Origin: Planctomycetota bacterium
Lineage (GTDB): Bacteria > Planctomycetota > Planctomycetia > Pirellulales > Pirellulaceae
Direction: 5' to 3'
Length of the DNA stretch: 64,000 bases
Assembly (NCBI GenBank): GCA_018970165.1
Contig: JAGWWZ010000002.1
Span: forward strand, 7,085-71,084
Part shown: one piece after another, positions 27,354 through 36,372 of the stretch
How positions within the stretch are numbered: position 1 is the first letter of the stretch
Layout: each line of letters opens with the position of its first letter
Translations under genes and position numbers: made by a program
The notes under the pieces: model-generated
Databases searched by the model: none
What the model saw: the letters and a program-made list of their open reading frames with translations, nothing else
What the model was told of the DNA's origin: nothing

Positions 27354-28863
27354 TCATCCGCTCGCTTTCGGCATCGCGAATCACAAAAGTGACTCCCTTG
27401 CCTTGACGCACTTCCCCGAGAGCTTCCAAGAATTCGTCGCTAGAGTTAGTTTTATTTCCGTTCACCGAGAGGATCACATCCCCTGGCTTGACGCCGACGA
27501 ACCGACTTTTTCTGGAAACGCCGGTCACGATCACCCCTTCCCCGTCTCGCAATCCATAGCGCCTTGCGATATCTGCAGGTACCTGGTCCACGGCGATCCC
27601 TAGCCGTTCCATCGTCTCCATGCTCTGTTGTTGAGATGCGGCCAAAGCTTGCTCATCTAGGGCTGCAACCGTTACGAGGTAGTCCAGGCTCTTACCTTCG
27701 CGAAGAATCCGAATCGTCACGGCTGTTCCAGGTTTCGTTTCGCCGATGGCACGTCGCATCGCGGAGTCCGATTTGATGTCGACGCCGTCGATCGAGACGA
27801 TCACATCTCCTGCGCGAATCCCAGCCTTTTCTGCAGGCATTCCCTTAGTCACTTGTTCCACCAATGCTCCCTTTTGATTCTCAGGAAGCGAAAGTTGCTG
27901 AGCGATGGCTGGGGTTACCGATGCGGGGCGAATTCCCACGAATCCACGGGACACTTTGCCGGACGAGATCAAATCCGAAAGGACACGCGATGCGGTGTTG
28001 CTCGGGACCGCGAAGCAAACTCCGTTGTAACCTCCTCCTCGGGAAGCAATCGCGGTATTGATCCCAATGATCTCACCACGAAGGTTAAGAAGCGGACCAC
28101 CGCTGTTTCCTGGGTTGATGGCTGCGTCGGTTTGGATGAAATCATCGTAGGGGGTGATCCCTTGATCCGTACGCTTAGTAGCACTGATGATGCCAGCAGT
28201 GACCGTTTGGGCTAAACCGAAAGGACTACCGATCGCAATGGACCAATCGCCGACCTCAACCTTCGAGGAATCTCCCATCGGAGCGGCGACCAAACCGGAT
28301 GCATCAATCTTGAGAACTGCCAAATCGGTGCGAGGATCGGTTCCAACCACCTTGGCGATGAACTTGGTGTCGTCGCTCAAATAGACTTCCAACTCGGCAG
28401 CCCCTTCGACAACGTGATTGTTGGTCAGAATGTAGCCATCAGATCGTACGATCACCCCCGACCCCAATCCCATTTGGACTTTGCCACCTGGTATTTCCGA
28501 CTCGCTTTCGTCCTCGGGAGGCGTTCCGAAGGGGCCAAATCGATCCCCGAAGAATTGCTCGAATTCCGGGGGCAATCCTCGCATTCCTCGGGACATACGC
28601 GGCCGTTCCACGAGTGATTTGATACTCACCACCGACGGCTTCACGCTCTTGGAAACCTCGCGAAACACTCGCGAGAGTGCATCGGCGTGAGCCAACAGCT
28701 GTGGATCTAGGTCGAGCCGAGCTTGATTCGATTCGGCGAGTTGCTGTGCGTAGAGTGAACTCGGGGAGACCGAGGATGGAGATAACGTGAGCCAATAAGC
28801 AACGGGTGCCGTAAGAATGGCCAGCACCGCAACGAGTTGGAAACGCTTCATTGGTGATCGCAT
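27340..28863 (-). CDS. Do/HtrA family periplasmic serine protease with two PDZ domains
   Basis: Signal-like N-terminus MRSPMKRFQLVAVLAILTAP, then TNNHVV (His) and GNSGGPLLN (Ser), then two PDZ-like segments. The 610-aa track ORF runs through trxA in another frame and was trimmed to the ATG at 28863. Confidence 0.85.
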   Translation of the reverse strand: MRSPMKRFQLVAVLAILTAPVAYWLTLSPSSVSPSSLYAQQLAESNQARLDLDPQLLAHADALSRVFREVSKSVKPSVVSIKSLVERPRMSRGMRGLPPEFEQFFGDRFGPFGTPPEDESESEIPGGKVQMGLGSGVIVRSDGYILTNNHVVEGAAELEVYLSDDTKFIAKVVGTDPRTDLAVLKIDASGLVAAPMGDSSKVEVGDWSIAIGSPFGLAQTVTAGIISATKRTDQGITPYDDFIQTDAAINPGNSGGPLLNLRGEIIGINTAIASRGGGYNGVCFAVPSNTASRVLSDLISSGKVSRGFVGIRPASVTPAIAQQLSLPENQKGALVEQVTKGMPAEKAGIRAGDVIVSIDGVDIKSDSAMRRAIGETKPGTAVTIRILREGKSLDYLVTVAALDEQALAASQQQSMETMERLGIAVDQVPADIARRYGLRDGEGVIVTGVSRKSRFVGVKPGDVILSVNGNKTNSSDEFLEALGEVRQGKGVTFVIRDAESERMITIR

Positions 28864-28925
28864 CGGTTCGCTCCTGATCTCATGAGCAATGATGGAAGAG
28901 GAAAAAAGAGGAAATGGGTTAAAGC

Positions 28926-29252
28926 TCAAGAGCTGACTTCGTTGAGTACTGACTCTAGTCGCGTCCGAGCTGGAACTCCCTGAAATCGTTCGACAACTTT
29001 TCCGTCTTTGAATACCAACAGTGTGGGAATGGCATTGATCCCGTATTGAGTCGACAGTGCAGGATTTTCGTCCACGTTCACCTTCCCGATCTTCACGGAC
29101 CCCGCATATTGTTTGGCCAACTCGTCGATTAGGGGTGCAATCTGGCGACATGGACCGCACCAGGGTGCCCAAAAATCGACCAAGACGGGATGATTCGATT
29201 GCAGTACATCGGAATCGAATCCGGCATCTGTGAATTCAGCTGCGTTCCCCAT
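28926..29252 (-). CDS. trxA: thioredoxin
   Basis: FWAPWCGPCR active site and about 108 aa counted from the ATG at 29252. Confidence 0.9.
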   Translation of the reverse strand: MGNAAEFTDAGFDSDVLQSNHPVLVDFWAPWCGPCRQIAPLIDELAKQYAGSVKIGKVNVDENPALSTQYGINAIPTLLVFKDGKVVERFQGVPARTRLESVLNEVSS

Positions 29253-29334
29253 TTCAAGAAATCCCCTTCCGCATGATTGTTTTCGTATGGCAACTGCCAA
29301 AAAAATACACCTAGCAAACCTGTGCCACTGTACC

Positions 29335-29349
29335 GCACATGGCGTGCCA
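29335..29349 (-). promoter_or_regulatory. candidate sigma-54 (-24/-12) promoter upstream of trxA-htrA
   Basis: The minus strand reads TGGCACGCCATGTGC, with GG-to-GC spacing of 12 as in the TGGCACG-N4-TTGC consensus. It sits 83-97 nt upstream of the trxA ATG in the rluA-trxA gap. Confidence 0.4.
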
Positions 29350-29386
29350 AGAAAAGTCTACACTTAGACCTAGAGTACCGAGGAAC

Positions 29387-30127
29387 CTAGGAGGCTAGCG
29401 GTAAGTTCCATGGAAATGATTCGGGAGTTGGAGCCTGGGTAACCACGCGTTCTCCTGTTTTGGGATGGCTAAACTCTAAACGCGAGGCGTGCAGTGCCAG
29501 CATCGGTTCGCGAGTTTGACGTTTTTGCCGTGTGAAATCGATCCCCCCGCCATAAGTCGCGTCCCCCAAAATCGGATGGCCGCGGGATGCGAACTGAATA
29601 CGTATCTGATGCATGCGACCTGTTTTGAGGGCTACCCGGACGAGACTGACTTCCCTCTGTCGCGGCTGCGACATTTGTGCCCGCTCCCCAGTTTTCAGCG
29701 CTTGCAAGCCGATGAAGCGTCGATCCAGGGTCTCAAACTCCAATTCCGCGAGGCGAGCCCCGTCGACATCCGGTTCCACCAATTCCGCCTTGGCGACGTC
29801 CGGGATCTTTCGAATCCAATCAGTCCACACTCCTTGTTCCTCGACATTCCCAAATACCCAAGCAAGATATTCTTTGCGGACGCTCCGAACGGCGAACTGC
29901 TCGCTGAGTCGTCGAAGCGCTCGCTGGTTCCTCGCCACAACCAGTACTCCGCTGGTCATCCGATCCAAACGATGGGGGATTCCAACAAATGGATTCGATG
30001 CACTTACTCGAAGCTGTTCGATCAATTGCGATTGAACGCTCGGTACTCCCACAACCGCTTGCGTGAGCAGATCGATCGGCTTGTTGACGACCAAGAACCA
30101 AGGATCTTCGATCAGGACTTCGATCAT
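29387..30127 (-). CDS. RluA family pseudouridine synthase
   Basis: VVNKPIDLLTQ, HRLDRMTSGVLVVARN (catalytic Asp motif) and GRMHQIRIQFASRGHPILGDATYG. The start was trimmed to the ATG at 30127. Confidence 0.8.
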   Translation of the reverse strand: MIEVLIEDPWFLVVNKPIDLLTQAVVGVPSVQSQLIEQLRVSASNPFVGIPHRLDRMTSGVLVVARNQRALRRLSEQFAVRSVRKEYLAWVFGNVEEQGVWTDWIRKIPDVAKAELVEPDVDGARLAELEFETLDRRFIGLQALKTGERAQMSQPRQREVSLVRVALKTGRMHQIRIQFASRGHPILGDATYGGGIDFTRQKRQTREPMLALHASRLEFSHPKTGERVVTQAPTPESFPWNLPLAS

Positions 30128-30322
30128 GCGATGGGTCGATAAAAAAAGCGAGAAACACCGGCCACATGAATTTCGCGTCCGTTGCGAACAATTCATTAAG
30201 TGCTTCTCGCTTGCCACATGTTCCGTTAAAGTGCAACGTGGGTCAAGAGGGATGGGGCTCTCGAAAAAAGAGTTCTTCGAAAAACGATTGTTCATGCGAA
30301 TCGCGCAGCAGAGCTGAGAATC

Positions 30323-31720
30323 ATGCGAGAGTCGATTCACTTTGTGACAGGACGATTGGCGGAAGCGTCCGTGCGCGAAATCGTGCATCAGTTATCGGAA
30401 GCTCGCGGATTCGATTACAGCATCGACGTGTTGCCGATCACTGTCGCCGCTCTGATGACTCCGAAGTGGTTGATGAGACACATCCAAGTTCCTGAATCGG
30501 CCACTCGCGTTTTGCTCCCTGGATACCTGCAACCTCATTTGGAAGAAATCCGCAAACACTTTGCGATCCCCATCGATTGCGGGCCGAAGGATGTGCGCGA
30601 TTTGCCAACTCTGTTCGGTCGTCGTCGACATCGATCCGACGATTACGGTCAATTCTCGATCGAGATCATCGCAGAGATCAATTACGCACCTCGCTTCCCT
30701 GTCGAAGCTTTGGTGCTTGAAGCGATGCGACTTGCGAAAGAAGGTGCCGATCGCATCGACTTGGGTTGCGAACCAGCCACGCGATGGGAACAGGTCGCCG
30801 ATGCAGTCAAGCGACTGATCGATTTAGGATTTCGCGTATCGATCGACTCGTTCGACCCCTGGGAGGTGGAGCAGGCAACCCGGGCCGGAGCCAGCCTTGT
30901 CCTATCGGTCAACAGCCAGAATCGTTCCCTGGCAGGCGACTGGGGAGCGGAGGTTGTCGTGGTTCCCGACACTCCCGCCGATTTCGAACAAAGCATGGTC
31001 GAGACGGCTCAATACTTGAGCGATGCGCAGGTACCATTCCGGCTCGACCCGATCCTCGAGCCAATCGGATGCGGATTCTCGGAATCCCTGGGACGCTATC
31101 TGACCACCCGAAGGATGTTTCCTGACGCTCCGATGTTGATGGGAATCGGAAATCTAACGGAATTGACCGATTCCGATTCCGCAGCCATCAACACGCTGCT
31201 TCTCGGATTCTGCGAAGAGCAACAGATCACCAGCGTCTTGACGACTCAGGTTATCCCGTGGGCGCAATCCTCGGTGCGAGAGTGTGACCTGGCTCGCCGT
31301 TTGGTGGCCTACGCTGTTCGGCATCGGATTCCTCCCAAGCATCTTGAGGAGAAACTTGTGATGCTGCGAGATCCAACCGCGAATCATCCAACCCCGGAAA
31401 GCCTCTCGGCCATGGCTGCGGGGATCAAGGACAACAACTATCGAATCGCGATCGATGGAAACGAGATCCATTTGATGGCCTGCGGAGTTCATCTACGCGG
31501 CACCGACCCATTCGAGATCATGGACGCCCTAATGCAGATGCCCGAATCGCGCAACGTCGATGCATCGCATGCATTTTATTTAGGATTCGAACTCGCCAAG
31601 GCGCTGACCGCGATGACTCTCAACAAGCGCTATGAACAAGATGAGGCGTTGCGCTGGGGGATGCATACTCGAATAGAACGCCATCATCGATTGACAAGGT
31701 CCCGCCCGAAATCACCCTGA
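30323..31720 (+). CDS. dihydropteroate synthase-like protein with N-terminal DUF6513-like domain (methanopterin-pathway MptH-like)
   Basis: The pterin-binding-like segments GADRIDLGCEP and VSIDSFDPWEVEQATRAGASLVLSVN resemble DHPS GADIIDIGGES and ISIDT..INDV. The size and two-domain layout match the archaeal/methylotroph DHPS-like enzymes. Confidence 0.55.
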   Translation: MRESIHFVTGRLAEASVREIVHQLSEARGFDYSIDVLPITVAALMTPKWLMRHIQVPESATRVLLPGYLQPHLEEIRKHFAIPIDCGPKDVRDLPTLFGRRRHRSDDYGQFSIEIIAEINYAPRFPVEALVLEAMRLAKEGADRIDLGCEPATRWEQVADAVKRLIDLGFRVSIDSFDPWEVEQATRAGASLVLSVNSQNRSLAGDWGAEVVVVPDTPADFEQSMVETAQYLSDAQVPFRLDPILEPIGCGFSESLGRYLTTRRMFPDAPMLMGIGNLTELTDSDSAAINTLLLGFCEEQQITSVLTTQVIPWAQSSVRECDLARRLVAYAVRHRIPPKHLEEKLVMLRDPTANHPTPESLSAMAAGIKDNNYRIAIDGNEIHLMACGVHLRGTDPFEIMDALMQMPESRNVDASHAFYLGFELAKALTAMTLNKRYEQDEALRWGMHTRIERHHRLTRSRPKSP

Positions 31721-31748
31721 TCTATTGTCAACACGCGGGAGACCATGG

Positions 31749-32147
31749 CTAACTGATACTGGTGCAACTGCAGCTGGCTCGCGCGATCTCGCGACCTCGA
31801 TCATCGGTGATCATGCACTCCACGAAGCCAACTCGCAACCCGCGCTGAATCAGAGATGCCGAAGCGGTCAATTGGTTGCTGCGAACCGGACGCATGAAAT
31901 GGATGTGCAGGTCGATCGTCGAAAAATCTTGCCCGGCATCCAAAGTTCGTCCAAAAGCGATCCCCATCGCGGCATCAGCCAGCGCAGCGATCATTCCGCC
32001 GTGGACTCTCCCCATGGGATTGTGGAGCCGTTCATCGGTGTCGAGCAGAACCGTTGCCTTTCCCGCCGCACGGTCCTCTTCGCTCGCAGGCAAAACGCGA
32101 AAACCGATCAAACGAGATACGGGTGCGTCGGAAAATGGATCTTGCAT
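31749..32147 (-). CDS. PaaI family (hotdog fold) thioesterase
   Basis: NPMGRVHGGMIAALADAAMGIAF is the PaaI signature. Length 132 aa. Confidence 0.8.
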   Translation of the reverse strand: MQDPFSDAPVSRLIGFRVLPASEEDRAAGKATVLLDTDERLHNPMGRVHGGMIAALADAAMGIAFGRTLDAGQDFSTIDLHIHFMRPVRSNQLTASASLIQRGLRVGFVECMITDDRGREIARASCSCTSIS

Positions 32148-32305
32148 ATGCGAATCGGATTCCGATCAGATGCATTGATGGCGGTGTATCGATAAATCAA
32201 CGATGATTCCGAAGGCATCTTCAGCTATACTTTGCTAACGGGCTAGCCCCACCCACCCTATCCATCTCACGAATTTCCATCTTTCCCGCCGCACCCACTT
32301 CGCCG

Positions 32306-34936
32306 ATGCTTCGAGCGTCTTTGCTCATGAACTCGATCGCCCCAATCCGTATGCGAGTTTGTTTCGGACTACTCGTTTGGATAGTTGCGCAGGCTCGCGC
32401 GTATTCCGCCGACCCTCCATCGCCGGATGGTCCTTCGTTCATGGGAGCCTCGTTGGAGGTGTTGCCAGCGAACATGGTTGCGACCCCGCGCTACCCTGCT
32501 CGCTTCTCCATTCTCGTCCGCACGAACAAAGGTGAGGTTGCTGACATCAGCCAGCACCCCGACTTGCAAATTCGACTATCGGATGGTTCGCTAGGTGAGA
32601 TCGCAAACGGTTGGATTGAGTATCGCTCCACCGGAACAAGCCAATTGGAGGTGCAGTGGCGCGGTCTTTCGACTCGCGTACCGATCGAGACGACCGAGGA
32701 TCCAGCCATTGCATATGATCGCGAGGTCACTTCGCTTCTCACTCGCAGCGGATGCAACTTGGGAACATGCCATGGAAACCTTCATGGGAAAGGGGGAATG
32801 CGTTTGAGTCTGCGCGGCGATGACCCGCCGTTCGATTTTCATCGGTTGAGCCGCGAATATGCACAACGTCGCATCGATCTCTGGGAACCATCGGCAAGCC
32901 TCATCCTGCGCAAGGCAACGGCACAAGTCGCTCATCAGGGTGGCAAACGCTTCGACGTCGATTCCGTCGAATACCAGTGGCTCCGAGAGTGGATCGAAAC
33001 AGGAGCGATCGAGACCCGGGCAAGTCCGCTTGTATCCCTGGAAGTGTTACCCCGCATGCAGCGCATGCAGCCAGGGGAGTTGAACGCGCGATTGATCGTG
33101 CAAGCGAAATTTGCTGATGGATCGATTCGAGATGTCACCCGATGGGCTCGCATCGAACCGAGTGCCGCCACCGGAATCGAGTTATATCAGGACGGATCCG
33201 TACAGGCCGAGGCGCCGATCGATGTCAGTTTCGGCGCCACCTACCTATCCGGACGAGCTAGCGGTCGTGTCGTCTTCCTGGGGCATTCACCAAGTGTTAC
33301 TGGCGTGTCCACTCCGAGCAGCAACCCAATCGATGCGATTGTCGAGGCTCAATGCAAGGAACTGAATTTGACTCCTGCACCACAAGCCGACGATTGGACC
33401 TTGGTGCGGAGACTGTATCTGGTCGCGTTGGGGAGATTGCCTCGCCCCGAAGAGACGCTCGCTTTCGTCGCTGATGATCGTCCCAACAAGATCGAATCGC
33501 TCGTCGATCGACTGCTAGCCGATCCTGCGTTCGATTATGTCTGGGCCATGCGATGGTCCGACCTGATTCGCAATGAAGACAAGGTCATGAGTCCCAAGGG
33601 TGCGGCGATTCTGCATGATTGGTTGCGACAGCAAATGGCATCGGACCGTTCGATGCAGTCTTGGATCTCCGAGCTGGTATCGAGTGTCGGTTCCACCTAC
33701 GAAAACCCACCCGCATCCTATCATCGCACCCATCGCGATCCATTCACCACGGCAGAGTCTGCTGCCCAAGTCTTCTTGGGAGTTCGCGTTCAATGCGCGA
33801 AATGCCACAACCATCCCTTCGATCGGTGGAAACAAGATGACTATTATGGCCTGGCCGCCTACTTCACAACCATCGAGCGCAAACAGATCGACAACAAGCC
33901 GAAGGACGAACTCGACAAACACATCATTACGGGAGACGAGATCATCTCGTTGGCGGATCGGTCAGCGGAAACGCTCCATCCCGGTCGATCGCAAAAGGTC
34001 CCTCCGCGACCTCTTCCATTCAACGATATTGCTTCCACGAACGCTGCTTCGATTCATGTCGAAGAGTCGTCAGGAACCGTTCTCGAGCGATTCGGTCGTT
34101 GGCTGACGGTTGATAATTCGCAATTCGATGCCAACCTGGCCAATCGGATCTGGTTCCAATACTTCGGCCGCGGCATTGTCGACTCGCCAGATGATTTCCG
34201 AGATTCCAATCCGCCGACCAATTCCGAGTTGCTTCGATGGTTGGCCGCCGAACTGCGACGAGAAAATTACTCGTTGAAACAACTATCTCGAACCATCCTC
34301 TGCAGTCAAACATTTGCGCGGCAGTCGGGCTCCGACCAACCCGGGGTTCAGGAACTGAGCCGTATCCCTTATTTCGCAGCCTATCCGACTCGAAGGCTTG
34401 CGGCCGAAACTATGCTCGATGCGGTCAGCGACGCATGCGATTATTATCCACCGGTTCAACCGGGCTATGAGGAGGGAGCACCGACGATCCGACGTGCGAT
34501 GGAAATGCCAGGCGTGCCAGTCAAGAAAGGGTTCCTGAAAACATTTGGAAAGCCGGATCGATTGCTCGTGTGCGAATGCGAACGGACCAATGCGGTATCG
34601 CTCGGCCAGTCGTTGTCGCTCGTCAACGGCAAGGAAGTGCGAGATCGTATATCCCAATCCGACAACCGCATCGGTCGCTTGATGCAATCACCGAAAACGT
34701 TTCCCGAGAAGGTCGAGGAACTGTTCTTGGCCGCACTCTCTCGCAAGCCTAGCCAGCGGGAGCAAGATGCCGTTCTCGCCATGCTCGAGGTCAATACCGA
34801 CCGCCCCAAGAATGTCGAAGAAGTCCTGCTCGCCGTGCAACAGGCCGCCAATGCGAAGCAGTACTCGGAACGCCGCGTTCTCGAAGATGTTCTGTGGGCC
34901 CTGATCAATAGCAAGGAGTTTGCGATTCTGCGATGA
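32306..34936 (+). CDS. DUF1549/DUF1553 (PSCyt2/PSD1) domain protein
   Basis: Signal peptide, then CNLGTCHGNLHGKGG and later VQCAKCHNHPFDRW, typical of DUF1549/DUF1553 proteins. It is followed by a DUF1501 gene 9 nt downstream. Confidence 0.75.
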   Translation: MLRASLLMNSIAPIRMRVCFGLLVWIVAQARAYSADPPSPDGPSFMGASLEVLPANMVATPRYPARFSILVRTNKGEVADISQHPDLQIRLSDGSLGEIANGWIEYRSTGTSQLEVQWRGLSTRVPIETTEDPAIAYDREVTSLLTRSGCNLGTCHGNLHGKGGMRLSLRGDDPPFDFHRLSREYAQRRIDLWEPSASLILRKATAQVAHQGGKRFDVDSVEYQWLREWIETGAIETRASPLVSLEVLPRMQRMQPGELNARLIVQAKFADGSIRDVTRWARIEPSAATGIELYQDGSVQAEAPIDVSFGATYLSGRASGRVVFLGHSPSVTGVSTPSSNPIDAIVEAQCKELNLTPAPQADDWTLVRRLYLVALGRLPRPEETLAFVADDRPNKIESLVDRLLADPAFDYVWAMRWSDLIRNEDKVMSPKGAAILHDWLRQQMASDRSMQSWISELVSSVGSTYENPPASYHRTHRDPFTTAESAAQVFLGVRVQCAKCHNHPFDRWKQDDYYGLAAYFTTIERKQIDNKPKDELDKHIITGDEIISLADRSAETLHPGRSQKVPPRPLPFNDIASTNAASIHVEESSGTVLERFGRWLTVDNSQFDANLANRIWFQYFGRGIVDSPDDFRDSNPPTNSELLRWLAAELRRENYSLKQLSRTILCSQTFARQSGSDQPGVQELSRIPYFAAYPTRRLAAETMLDAVSDACDYYPPVQPGYEEGAPTIRRAMEMPGVPVKKGFLKTFGKPDRLLVCECERTNAVSLGQSLSLVNGKEVRDRISQSDNRIGRLMQSPKTFPEKVEELFLAALSRKPSQREQDAVLAMLEVNTDRPKNVEEVLLAVQQAANAKQYSERRVLEDVLWALINSKEFAILR

Positions 34937-34945
34937 TCTCCTGCG

Positions 34946-36352
34946 ATGAGAAAGGATGAGACAATGAGAAGTCATGGAATCTACTCTGCGAATGCAATCT
35001 ACTCTCGCCGAGCAGCGTTGAAGATCGGTGGGCTTGGTTTGACCGGCCTGTGGAGCGCAAGCCAACTTGGACGGATTCGTAGTGAAGAATCTCAGCCGAA
35101 GTTTCCCTCGCGAGCCAAGAGCGTGATCTTCCTCCATCAGTATGGAGGTCCGAGCCACATCGACACGTTCGATATGAAACCGAATGCACCGGATGGCATT
35201 CGTGGAGAGTTCAAGCCGATTTCGTCCGCGATTGCCGGAGTTCCAGTCTGCGAGCATTTGCCTCGATGGGGAGCGCAATTGGATCGATGGGCTCAAGTCC
35301 GTTCAGTCCATCACGACATGAAGAACCACAATCCCGCATGTTATTACTCCCTGACGGGAAAGCGACCTCCGACGGACGATATCCGATTGCGCGATACGCT
35401 CGAGTTGTACCCGGCATACGGTTCAACAGTGGCCAAGTTCTCGAAGCCGGTAGCAGGTGTCCCCACGTTCGTTGCTTATCCTCATGTGCTGCGCGACGGG
35501 GCTATCTCACCTGGACAGCATGCAAGTTTTCTTGGCAAGCAATGCGATCCCTACTTCTTCCAGGGCGATCCCAACTCAAGCGACTTCGCGCTACCCGAGT
35601 TGCAATTGCCTGCCGATATAGACATGGATCGACTTGGGCGACGCCGCGATCTGGTGAAACTCATCGACGAAGACCGCCGATTGCTTGAGACGAGCGCCGA
35701 AGCGAAGGGATTAGATACTCTGCAGGAGCAGGCGCTGCAGATCTTGTCGTCGACCGGGCTTCGAGATGCGTTGGACTTGAGTCGCGAAGACTCGGCCCTG
35801 CGAGATGCGTATGGGCGTACCACTTACGGTCAGTCGTGCCTGTTAGCCAGAAAACTGGTCGAATCGGGGGTGCGCTTCGTGACGGTTTATTTCTCTCAAG
35901 GGATCGGGGGGAAGGGAAGCGAGGGTTGGGATACTCATCAAGAGAACTTTAAGGATTTGAGAGAACGCTTGCTGCCGATGAGCGATCAGACAGTACCGAC
36001 CCTGATCAGCGACTTGGAGTCGCGCGGACTGCTTCAAGACACGCTTGTCTTGTGGATGGGTGAATTTGGTCGAGGACCACAAATCGGGGATCGGGATGGA
36101 AAAGGGCGCGGACATTGGCCCGACTGTTACACGGTTATGATGGCAGGCGGAGGAGTCCGCGGCGGAAAGATCTTTGGCCAAAGCGATGCCAAGGGAGCCT
36201 ATCCAGCAGCAGATCCGGTCGGCCCCGAAGATATCGCGGCTACGCTTTACTGGGCGCTCGGAATCGATCCTGCATCGGAAGTTCTCGATACCCAGGGACG
36301 TCCCTTGACCATCTCGAGCGGGCAACCCATTCGAGCTCTGTTCGAGGCGTGA
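34946..36352 (+). CDS. DUF1501 domain protein (sulfatase/alkaline-phosphatase-like fold), Tat-type signal
   Basis: SRRAALKIGGLGLTG, HQYGGPSHIDTFDMKP and WDTHQENF. This is the usual partner of DUF1549/DUF1553 genes. Confidence 0.8.
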   Translation: MRKDETMRSHGIYSANAIYSRRAALKIGGLGLTGLWSASQLGRIRSEESQPKFPSRAKSVIFLHQYGGPSHIDTFDMKPNAPDGIRGEFKPISSAIAGVPVCEHLPRWGAQLDRWAQVRSVHHDMKNHNPACYYSLTGKRPPTDDIRLRDTLELYPAYGSTVAKFSKPVAGVPTFVAYPHVLRDGAISPGQHASFLGKQCDPYFFQGDPNSSDFALPELQLPADIDMDRLGRRRDLVKLIDEDRRLLETSAEAKGLDTLQEQALQILSSTGLRDALDLSREDSALRDAYGRTTYGQSCLLARKLVESGVRFVTVYFSQGIGGKGSEGWDTHQENFKDLRERLLPMSDQTVPTLISDLESRGLLQDTLVLWMGEFGRGPQIGDRDGKGRGHWPDCYTVMMAGGGVRGGKIFGQSDAKGAYPAADPVGPEDIAATLYWALGIDPASEVLDTQGRPLTISSGQPIRALFEA

Positions 36353-36372
36353 TCGCTCTTTACGGCTAGCGT

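Noticed and set aside
27340-29172. Over-long track ORFs with implausible N-terminal extensions: the 610-aa ORF spanning trxA, 52826-53482 for HU, 29387-30388 for the RluA-family gene, 2039-2953 for SGNH and 26565-27353.
   Set aside because: The extensions overlap neighbouring well-supported genes or have Arg/Ser/Cys-rich non-protein-like composition. Internal ATGs give proteins of canonical length with proper N-termini or signal peptides.
29313-29327. A second sigma-54-like motif, TGGCACaggtTTGCT (minus strand), and a similar TGGCCTctatTTGCT at 21620-21634.
   Set aside because: The GG-to-GC spacing is 11 instead of the required 12. In the second case the -24 element is TGGCCT. Neither was called as a promoter.
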